From Vibrio sp. (GTDB lineage Bacteria; Pseudomonadota; Gammaproteobacteria; Enterobacterales; Vibrionaceae), in assembly GCA_041587235.1 (NCBI GenBank), contig JBFGYW010000002.1, forward strand, positions 793 through 64,792: a stretch of 64,000 nucleotides of DNA, read 5' to 3'. Position numbers and translations under genes: made by a program. Below the pieces are notes generated by a model. It was not told where the DNA came from. It made no database searches and worked only from the letters and a program-made list of their open reading frames with translations. Shown here in pieces: positions 20,289 through 28,270 of this stretch. The stretch's first letter is position 1, and each line of letters opens with the position of its first letter.

Positions 20289-21317
20289 TTAGAAACGCGC
20301 CAATTCTAATTGGTAAAAGCTCACCTGAGTGTAATCTCCTGAGTCAACACCTCGATATTGACACGCCGAAGAACTGGCTTTGGTATTGCATTGATTGTAA
20401 GCACCGGCTTTGAAATACATCCAATCATCGCCATAGCCTTGGTCTATGTCATGCCCTTGATAATGACCATGCGCTAAATCGACCTGAAAAGTTTTGGTCT
20501 CTTCGTTCGCCTCACCGGGGTGTTTGGTAAAGGTCAAGGTCATCACATCGCCTTTTACCTCAACGTCGTAGTGGAATTTTTCGCCTAAAGCAATGCCATC
20601 AAGGGGGGACTCATCGCCAGCTTTGAGGTTGTATTTACCCCATACATTCGAACGTATGTCTTTACGAAGTTTTGACTTTTGCTGCGCTTTGGGCGGGTTG
20701 AGTTCATAACCCCAATACAAGGAGCCCAAATCGTGACCCGGCAGTTTGCGGTAGGCAATTTTTAACGGTTCATTTTTCGCGGCATGAATTTGGCCAATCA
20801 CCACAGAATAAGCGCCGGTTTTATTGGCATCGCCGCTTTGACTGACCCAGTCGACACTCACCGTTGCCGCTAAATGCCCGCCAATCGAACCGTATTTTTC
20901 CGCATTAGGGTGAGAGGCAAGTACAAAGTTATTCGCCGGTTCGTCGTATTTCTCCGCGTACATCGCTCGTAATTCACTGCGAGCGTTTTTGCTGTTCGGC
21001 GTCGTAGGCGCATCATTGGGCGCTTTAAACACCATGGCTTGACGCGCGTTATCATAATAAAACCACTCTTGACTGATAAAACCTTGAGATAATTGGTGCT
21101 TGTTGATCTCTCGTGCTTTTCCTTTGCGCTTGCCCGAGGTTTCATGCTCTGGCAACGTCAACTTCCAATCGCCCAGCGCAAAATACTGACTCGGTGCGGC
21201 CTGATTAAGCGCGGCCGGTTCGCTGGTGTGTACCGGCTCTGCCTGACCTAAAGAGGGGCTTTGACTGCACGCACTTAAAACCAGTGTCGCGCTGATAAGT
21301 GAAAGGCGAAATAACAT
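20289..21317 (-). CDS. PL7-family alginate lyase lipoprotein
   Basis: Start MLFRLSLISATLVLSACSQS (lipobox LSAC), preceded by GAGGAA. PL7 blocks RSELRAMY, IGQIHA and YFKAGAYNQ. Confidence 0.85.
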   Translation of the reverse strand: MLFRLSLISATLVLSACSQSPSLGQAEPVHTSEPAALNQAAPSQYFALGDWKLTLPEHETSGKRKGKAREINKHQLSQGFISQEWFYYDNARQAMVFKAPNDAPTTPNSKNARSELRAMYAEKYDEPANNFVLASHPNAEKYGSIGGHLAATVSVDWVSQSGDANKTGAYSVVIGQIHAAKNEPLKIAYRKLPGHDLGSLYWGYELNPPKAQQKSKLRKDIRSNVWGKYNLKAGDESPLDGIALGEKFHYDVEVKGDVMTLTFTKHPGEANEETKTFQVDLAHGHYQGHDIDQGYGDDWMYFKAGAYNQCNTKASSSACQYRGVDSGDYTQVSFYQLELARF

Positions 21318-21598
21318 GTAGGGTTCCTCATTTATTGGTATTTTTAGCTTGCTAGTCATCACAAATCGAGCGAATAACACAGCAAACACCAAGAATTAAT
21401 ACTACAAATACCCATAACTCACCGTGAAGTATTTCAAAGAACCCGATCAATCACGGCAAAAAATCAATAAAACGACCAATAATGTGCGATAAAACAACAA
21501 AAATGGCTTATCTACGTCTTCGTTATCGTGAAAGACATCACGACACCTTATTTACTTTGAATATACAATAATACAAATTAATCATTCGGTACCTCTCG

Positions 21599-22504
21599 AT
21601 GCGAAAACCAGTCCCCACCCCACAATGCGGTGAAAACACGCGCAACTCTCGTTACCTGTTACCATTGTTGAGCCTATTATTACTCGGCTGCCAGTCGGGA
21701 TCTGAGAGTGCCGATGGCGTGAGTGATGACGCCACTTCGACGGTCACCAGCGCATCAAGTAGCACTGATGCTAGTGCGCCTTACAGCTATGTCGCTTGGC
21801 AAGATCTCCTCGAACGCGCGAATTTACAACAATCGGACCCCGACGGCGAAGAGGGCAACAAATCCGATCTGGTTAAAGCCGGACAGTTTGCTGATTTTTA
21901 TAATGATTACTTTTATTACGACGGCAGTGAAGAAACGCTCTCGTTTGCCATGTCGGGTTACAAAATGCGCTCTGAGCTTCGCCTAATCGATAACTTTGAC
22001 ACTACTGGTGAAGACTACGTGCTCAAGGCCAGTTTTAAACCGATTGGCATCGAAGCAGCCATGTCGAGTACCAGCAGTGCCAATGATGCCGTCACCTTCT
22101 TACAAGTACACAACAAAGGAGAGGATGACTCCGGGACAGGCTATATCCCCCATCCCCTAGTGAGAATTGTCTACGAGGTAAACCGCAACGATCTTTACGG
22201 ACACTACTGGGCAATCATCAAAAACAATAGCCTAGATTGCAGTGTCGACAATCCGCCCGATGGCTGTGATAACGCGTATGACCGCTATGATCTTGGCGCC
22301 GCCGATCTCGACAACTTCACCGCTATGACCCTCACGGTTGGCGACAGCTTGCTGTTGATCCACGTTGATGAGCAGCTTAAAGTCAGTTATCCAATTGATT
22401 ACTGGAGCCATTTACTGAGCTATTTTAAAGCGGGCGTCTATAATCAATTTGAAAATGGCAGCGCTCTCGTGCAATTTGAAACTTTGACCTACCAAACCCC
22501 TTAA
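21599..22504 (+). CDS. PL7-family alginate lyase lipoprotein
   Basis: Lipobox LLGCQSG and a Ser/Thr/Asp-rich linker, then PL7 blocks RSELRL, FLQVHN and YFKAGVYNQ. Confidence 0.85.
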   Translation: MRKPVPTPQCGENTRNSRYLLPLLSLLLLGCQSGSESADGVSDDATSTVTSASSSTDASAPYSYVAWQDLLERANLQQSDPDGEEGNKSDLVKAGQFADFYNDYFYYDGSEETLSFAMSGYKMRSELRLIDNFDTTGEDYVLKASFKPIGIEAAMSSTSSANDAVTFLQVHNKGEDDSGTGYIPHPLVRIVYEVNRNDLYGHYWAIIKNNSLDCSVDNPPDGCDNAYDRYDLGAADLDNFTAMTLTVGDSLLLIHVDEQLKVSYPIDYWSHLLSYFKAGVYNQFENGSALVQFETLTYQTP

Positions 22505-22582
22505 CCAAATAGCGCGCAACATGCCCACAGCAGTCACAGGGGAAAAGCGTTAAGGCCAGGCTAGAACGACAACCGTCTGCGA

Positions 22583-23371
22583 TTAAAACAAGGCTTCACG
22601 ACGAGGCGGCTTTTCGCTGACGGCAAAAACCTCGCCAAACGTCACCGGTGATTGACGGTCGCGACGATGCATTTGCGCTAACCACAATTCCGCGGTGGCG
22701 AGGGCATCACTTAAAGCGTGGTGCTCTGGGTAAGAGGGTAAGCCATGGCGCTGCCTCACTTCTGATAGTGTCACCCCTTGTTGAAAATCGCCTTTGGCTT
22801 GCAAGCTATTTTTCTCTAACGTCAAGGTGTCTAACCAGTAAAACGGCGGTAAGGGCGTTTGATAATAACGGGCAAAAAACTGCGCCATAAAAGCCACTTC
22901 AACACATTTGCCATGCACCACCAACACCTTGCCTTGCGCAGCGTCAAAAAGGCGCTGAAAAGCGGTTTCAATGGCGATGCCCTGCTGTAAGTGTTTGGGC
23001 ATGATTTGATGAACCGCCACCGCGTCTTTATCCATCGCACTTGGCGCATCGGGGGCAATATAGTAGTGCTGCGCGCTGTTGAGCTTGATACTTTGCTGCT
23101 CGATACTCAACCATCCGATTGATAATATTGTGTCTTTTTCGGCATCTAAGCCACTGCATTCAATATCAAAAACTAAGTAATCCAGCGCTTGGCAAAGGGT
23201 GTGACTCTCGATCGTCGGATTGAGCAACATAGCATTAACCGACTCAGGCCAAGGATAAGCTTGCCGAGTTTGCTCATTGGTGTTTAAGGCGACACGCTCA
23301 GCCCATTGTTTGCGTTTGCGCTGATAACGACTGAGCGGTGATGAAGTCCACAGTCTATTCCAATTGATCAT
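22583..23371 (-). CDS. DnaQ/DEDDh-type 3'-5' exonuclease domain protein
   Basis: VFDIECSGLD (Exo I, DxE) and HHALSDALATAEL (Exo III, Hx4D). The start ATG overlaps the upstream stop (TGATG). Confidence 0.8.
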   Translation of the reverse strand: MINWNRLWTSSPLSRYQRKRKQWAERVALNTNEQTRQAYPWPESVNAMLLNPTIESHTLCQALDYLVFDIECSGLDAEKDTILSIGWLSIEQQSIKLNSAQHYYIAPDAPSAMDKDAVAVHQIMPKHLQQGIAIETAFQRLFDAAQGKVLVVHGKCVEVAFMAQFFARYYQTPLPPFYWLDTLTLEKNSLQAKGDFQQGVTLSEVRQRHGLPSYPEHHALSDALATAELWLAQMHRRDRQSPVTFGEVFAVSEKPPRREALF

Positions 23372-25230
23372 CAGTACATCCCAAACTTGAGTTTCGCCGC
23401 TTCTTGCAGATCGGAGATGACACGAAACGCGTCTTTGAGATGCTGACGCTCAAAGTGACTGATCGCTTGGGGATCGATTTGACTATCGGCCACCTTGCCG
23501 TATTTTAAGACATCGCGTTGGTGAAACAGTCGAACCGAGAGCAAATATTGATACGCTTTAACGACGTTATCACAGGTTTCTTCACTCATGATCCCCGCCT
23601 GATAAGCAGCCTGAAAGCGCCCTTCTGTGCTTTGCACATCACTGCCTGCCGCAATGCCATATACCCTAGCTAGGTCAATGATAATATTGATGGCATTCTT
23701 TTTAATATTGAGGGTGCGCGAGTTTTCCCCAGAGGTTTCCAGTACCAAACTGTTAAAAATACCCAATGGCGGCTTAGTGCGATTAATGTCGTTAACCAAA
23801 TTGGTTAAAAAGCCGCTTTGATCGGATAAGTGGTGACCAAGAGGGCTGCGCATTTGCGCTTCTAGCTCGGCGTCGCCAACCAAGGTGCGGGTTTCGAGAA
23901 ACACGGTTAAGTTGAGCAGGCTTTCGTACTCAGGGTTGCTGATCCATTTGTGGTAATACTGGTTCCACACCGTGACGGGCTGACACCACGCGGGGTTGGC
24001 GGCCATAAATCGGCCACTGCACAAGGGGTAGCCACAGCGCGCAAGGCCATTGCACACCATCATCGACAAATGTTGAAAATACAGCTTGTCGTTGCGACTG
24101 GCCTTGTTGGCTAGCACAATGGCGTTGTCTTGGTCTGAGCACATGTGGACTTCATTGCGCGCCTGAGAGCCAGCGACAATCCACGCAAAACGACACGGCG
24201 GTTCACCGAGTTTATCGATGGCAATGGCGATCAGACGCCGGGTGTAAGCATCCATGATCATCGACATCACCTGACCAGTGATACTCGGCACCACTTGCCC
24301 ATCGACTAACGCTTCAAAGATCGCTTGGCGCTCGACACTGAGCTTGGCCAGTTCACTGGTGCTGTGGCAGTACTTGATTTTTTCAATTAAGAAAATCGCT
24401 TGTACGCGATGGTTTTGCACTAGGTGGTTGGTGGTCAGTAACCCTTTGACTTTATTACCCTGTAGAATGGGCAGACACTTAATGTCATTTTGCATCATGA
24501 TCGAGGCGGCTTTAAGCACCAAATCATCGGTGTTGATGGTCATGGGATCAGGTGTCATCACCGTTGAAATCGGTGCGTGAATATCCACCCCTTCGGCAAT
24601 CACTCTCAATGTGAGGTCGCGATCAGTGACTAAGCCGACAATGCGCTCTTGCTCAAACACCACCGCACAAGAACTGCGCACCTTTACTCGCATGGTTTTT
24701 GCTACTGACTGAATCGAATCATTGACATCGACTTTGGCGATCGCCCCGCAAGTCACTTCATCAATCTTTTTAAAAAACAACCCTTTTTCTTTTTGCGACC
24801 ACACCACATTGAGTGCCGATTGCAGACGCGCCTGAACTTGAAAGGCAAAATGATCAGCCAGTTTGGGGTCGTCGTGACACAATTTGGCAACCCGTTGATA
24901 AGGGATCAAATACAATAAGGTGTCTTCAATCGCCATCACTTGGTAATGGGGCGCATCGCTCGCTGATGACAACAAGCCAAAACCAAACAAATCCGCCTCA
25001 CCCAAACGCGCACGCAAGACCCCATCCGGCTTTCTTTGCTCCACTGAGCCGCGGCGAATCACATACAAATAGTGCGCTGGGTCTTGCGCGTGAATCACCA
25101 TCTCGCCACTGGCAAAATAGCGTATTTCCACTTCGCGACTGATTTCTGCTAGCGCTTTCGCTGGCAGCTGATCAAACGGGGCGATATGTTGTAAAAAGCC
25201 ATCGATATGGGGTAATACCGGTTCATTCAT
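23371..25230 (-). CDS. cNMP-binding / tandem CBS / DUF294 nucleotidyltransferase-like signalling protein
   Basis: N-terminal cNMP-binding-like segment (FASGEMVIHAQDPAHYLYVIRRGSVE), two CBS-like repeats, then GSQARNEVHMCSDQDNAIV (GS...DxD NTase motif). Confidence 0.8.
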   Translation of the reverse strand: MNEPVLPHIDGFLQHIAPFDQLPAKALAEISREVEIRYFASGEMVIHAQDPAHYLYVIRRGSVEQRKPDGVLRARLGEADLFGFGLLSSASDAPHYQVMAIEDTLLYLIPYQRVAKLCHDDPKLADHFAFQVQARLQSALNVVWSQKEKGLFFKKIDEVTCGAIAKVDVNDSIQSVAKTMRVKVRSSCAVVFEQERIVGLVTDRDLTLRVIAEGVDIHAPISTVMTPDPMTINTDDLVLKAASIMMQNDIKCLPILQGNKVKGLLTTNHLVQNHRVQAIFLIEKIKYCHSTSELAKLSVERQAIFEALVDGQVVPSITGQVMSMIMDAYTRRLIAIAIDKLGEPPCRFAWIVAGSQARNEVHMCSDQDNAIVLANKASRNDKLYFQHLSMMVCNGLARCGYPLCSGRFMAANPAWCQPVTVWNQYYHKWISNPEYESLLNLTVFLETRTLVGDAELEAQMRSPLGHHLSDQSGFLTNLVNDINRTKPPLGIFNSLVLETSGENSRTLNIKKNAINIIIDLARVYGIAAGSDVQSTEGRFQAAYQAGIMSEETCDNVVKAYQYLLSVRLFHQRDVLKYGKVADSQIDPQAISHFERQHLKDAFRVISDLQEAAKLKFGMY

Positions 25231-25375
25231 GGGCGGGATTCACCAAGGTGCGATTGACGTCACTATGTCAAAATATCAACAAAATCTTAACTTTAGTTTG
25301 CCTTAAATCTAACCAAAAGCCTATCATAGGTGTTGGTTTAACCAAGGCTCATCACATTTTTGTCTTTTGTCTATA

Positions 25376-25417
25376 CTTATACCGTAAGTAAGTGCACTTA
25401 TACCGTAAGCAAGTGCG
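25376..25417. repeat. tandem 21-bp direct repeat in the divergent promoter region upstream of the bcs operon
   Basis: cttataccgtaagtaagtgca (25376-25396) and cttataccgtaagcaagtgcg (25397-25417); 19 of 21 positions identical. Confidence 0.9.
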
Positions 25418-25563
25418 ACGAGATGCGTTGCCTGCCCGTTCACTCATTGTGATTAACCCAATCATGGGGCCTCCAAATGAATAATCCACTTATCTGCTGA
25501 GGTGATGACTGGCGACAACTTCATCGAATTTAGCCACCGCGATGTTATCGATACAGGTAAAAA

Positions 25564-26007
25564 ATGGCGTCACGAAATAAGCACGAAATCGCAGAGCAAT
25601 ATTGGCCACTCGATTCCAAAGAGCAACTGCACTGGCACGAACACATTGAGGCTTTCTTAATAGCAGAAGTCAGTATGCGCCGCTATCACGCCGCGCTGAC
25701 ATTGTCTCGTTGTACCTTAGTGACGGGGTTGGGCATGCTGGTGTTTACTTTTGCCATCCCGCAACTGATGCCCGATTGGCTGTTTGTCTTTGCTATCGCG
25801 CTGAGTGGTGGCAGTTTTTTGCTGACCGTATTACTGATTCCCTTTGCTCGCGAAAGCCGTCGTCACCGTCACCATGTTGCGCGCTTTTTTTACCAAAATG
25901 ATTTGATGATTGAGTTTTACCCCGATGAGATTTGGTTGCGACATCGCCCTAGCTCGCAAATTTTATTCAAAACCGACGGACCTTTGCATGCCTACCCTTT
26001 CAAGTGA
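25564..26007 (+). CDS. hypothetical 147-aa membrane protein preceding and overlapping bcsA
   Basis: The ORF has two adjacent hydrophobic helices (LVTGLGMLVFTFAIPQLM and WLFVFAIALSGGSFLLTVLLIPF). It overlaps the proposed bcsA start by 20 nt. I recognise no family. Confidence 0.5.
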   Translation: MASRNKHEIAEQYWPLDSKEQLHWHEHIEAFLIAEVSMRRYHAALTLSRCTLVTGLGMLVFTFAIPQLMPDWLFVFAIALSGGSFLLTVLLIPFARESRRHRHHVARFFYQNDLMIEFYPDEIWLRHRPSSQILFKTDGPLHAYPFK

Positions 26008-28270
26008 TCATTCAAAAAAGGCCTCATCAACGCAGTCCGGCGCCCATCATGCAGGCTGCCAATCTCGGCTCCCGTCAAGCTCTGGCTGGTTGCTCAAAAC
26101 GTTTTTTGTCTGCTGCTTGTTATTATTGATGGCGTTTTCTGCCATTCCCTTAAACGCCATGTCGCAATTGAGCATGTCTTTAGTGGTGATGGCTTTTGTT
26201 TACGCCGCCTCAACCGACGCTCTGCAACACAGTCGCTGGCATGACGTCTATCGTATTATTGCCATTTTGATGAGTTGTACGCTGTCCGTTCGTTACTTGA
26301 TGTGGCGCGGCTTATACACGATGGAAAGTGAAGAGATCCTGTCGTTAATTGCGATGTGGTTACTGTTTGCCGCTGAGCTCTACTCCTTTGTTATTCATAT
26401 TATTGGCTGTTTTATTAACGTCTACCCATTAAACCGTCCCGAGCGAAGTTTGCAAGGCTATCGCCACGAACAGCACCCTCAGGTCGATGTGGTGATCCCA
26501 AGTTACAACGAGCCAGCGGAAATGCTTGAAATCACCTTGCGTGCGGCAATAATGCTGGACTACCCAGCCGATAAGTTGTCGATTCACTTACTCGATGATG
26601 GCGGCACCGATCAAAAGATCAATCAAGACAATCAAGAGGCGGCCAAAGAAGCGCTAGAGCGACGTCATCAGCTGCAAGCTCTGTGTGAAAAAATGGGGGC
26701 ACATTACCACACCCGCGCCAAAAATGAACACGCCAAAGCCGGTAATATCAACAGCGCCTTAGTCAATATGTCAGGCGATTTAGTGGTGATTCTCGACGCC
26801 GACCACGTACCGACAACAGACTTTTTATCCCGTACCGTACCTTGGATGATTGACGACGACGATGTGTTTTTAGTTCAGTCCCCGCATTTTATGATCAACC
26901 CAGATCCGGTAGAGCGAAACTATTTTTCTGCTTTTGATCGCATGCCATCGGAAAACGATATGTTTTACGGTGTCATCCAAAAGGGGCTCGATTTTTGGTC
27001 GGCGACCTTCTTTTGTGGCTCGGCAGCGGTGTTGCGTCGCCGTCATTTAGATCAGGTAGGCGGGATTGCTGGGGATTCGATTACCGAAGATGCTGAAACC
27101 GCGCTTGAGCTCCACTCACTTGGTTATAAATCGGTCTACGTTGCCAAGCCGATGATCAGCGGCCTCGCACCAGAAACCTTTGCTTCTTTTATTCAACAAA
27201 GAATACGTTGGGCACAAGGGATGGCGCAAATCTTATTTCTCAAAAAACCCTATCTGAGAAAGGCGCTCAGTTGGAAACAGCGCTTGGGTTATATGAGCTC
27301 CATCCTCTTTTGGTTTTTCCCCTTTGCGCGCTTGGTATTTTTGCTTTCTCCCTTGCTCTATCTGTTGTTGGATCTGGATTTGATCAATGCCTCCCTACTC
27401 GAGGTATGTGCCTATACCATCCCACACATTATCATCAGTTTTCGCTTATCCCATGTCTTGTTCGGTAAAAAGCGCTGGCCTTTGGTCTCTGAATTGTATG
27501 AGCTGTTGCAGTGTACCTTTATTTTCCAGGCTTTGCTGACGGTGATCAAAAACCCGCGTCAGCCGTCATTTTTAGTCACGCCCAAAGGAGAAAGCCTAGA
27601 CAAAGACTCAATCTCGTCTTTGTCCAGTGTGTTTTACTGGCTGATACTGCTGCTCTTTTTAGGCACTGCGGCCGGAGTTTATCGCTTAGTTGAAACCACG
27701 ACCAATACCGAGCTCACTTTGATTGTCTTGTTGTGGAACAGCATCAATCTGGTGTTGTGTTTAGGGCTATTGGAAGTGCTGATCGAAAAAAGACAGTTGC
27801 GCAAATACTCCCGTCTGCCCGCGTATGACGAAGTGACCTTATACAGTGATGATGGTGATGCTTGGCCCGGCCGTCTGGTGGATCTTAGCGTCGATGGGGC
27901 AAGAGTGCGTTTAGATCCCTCCACGGCTCAACAGCATGGCGCACCGTCACACAACCCAGAGCACGGCGAGTTACCCAAACAATTGTTGTTGGCCAGTTTC
28001 GCCCACAGCATACACACCCCTGTAGCCATTCGATGTGAGTCGCGATTTTATCAGCCACAGCGCGGCGAAATTGCGGTTCAATTTGTCGCCCAGAGCGATG
28101 ACGAACATCAACAGATTATTGCCTTTACTCTCGGCGACAGCGCCCGCTGGGAAAACTTCCAATCCCGACGTGCTCGCCATGTGTCATACTATTTTGGTGT
28201 AAAGCACGTTTTGAGTATTGGCATAAAACCTTTATTTACCCATATATGGATGAGACTAAAGCAAAGATGA
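25988..28270 (+). CDS. bcsA: cellulose synthase catalytic subunit with C-terminal PilZ domain
   Basis: GT2 motifs DADH, QSPH, TEDAET and QRIRWAQG (QxxRW). PilZ motifs RQLRK and DLSVDGARV. Start set to the ATG at 25988 (MPTLSS); later Met codons are possible. Confidence 0.9.
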   Translation: MPTLSSDHSKKASSTQSGAHHAGCQSRLPSSSGWLLKTFFVCCLLLLMAFSAIPLNAMSQLSMSLVVMAFVYAASTDALQHSRWHDVYRIIAILMSCTLSVRYLMWRGLYTMESEEILSLIAMWLLFAAELYSFVIHIIGCFINVYPLNRPERSLQGYRHEQHPQVDVVIPSYNEPAEMLEITLRAAIMLDYPADKLSIHLLDDGGTDQKINQDNQEAAKEALERRHQLQALCEKMGAHYHTRAKNEHAKAGNINSALVNMSGDLVVILDADHVPTTDFLSRTVPWMIDDDDVFLVQSPHFMINPDPVERNYFSAFDRMPSENDMFYGVIQKGLDFWSATFFCGSAAVLRRRHLDQVGGIAGDSITEDAETALELHSLGYKSVYVAKPMISGLAPETFASFIQQRIRWAQGMAQILFLKKPYLRKALSWKQRLGYMSSILFWFFPFARLVFLLSPLLYLLLDLDLINASLLEVCAYTIPHIIISFRLSHVLFGKKRWPLVSELYELLQCTFIFQALLTVIKNPRQPSFLVTPKGESLDKDSISSLSSVFYWLILLLFLGTAAGVYRLVETTTNTELTLIVLLWNSINLVLCLGLLEVLIEKRQLRKYSRLPAYDEVTLYSDDGDAWPGRLVDLSVDGARVRLDPSTAQQHGAPSHNPEHGELPKQLLLASFAHSIHTPVAIRCESRFYQPQRGEIAVQFVAQSDDEHQQIIAFTLGDSARWENFQSRRARHVSYYFGVKHVLSIGIKPLFTHIWMRLKQR

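Noticed and set aside
25231-25563. Possible c-di-GMP riboswitch or other structured leader upstream of the bcs operon
   Set aside because: I could not find GEMM-like conserved segments or a convincing multi-stem structure by eye. Only the 21-bp tandem repeat stands out.
25885-26007. Possible frameshift splitting an ancestral bcsA, with a T7 homopolymer at 25885-25891 and a 98-nt region where both frames are open
   Set aside because: The bcsA frame has two TGA stops at 25904-25909, just after the T-run, so slippage there cannot join the ORFs. A 32-codon open overlap is not improbable by chance. The idea is kept only as a minor alternative in the small-ORF finding.
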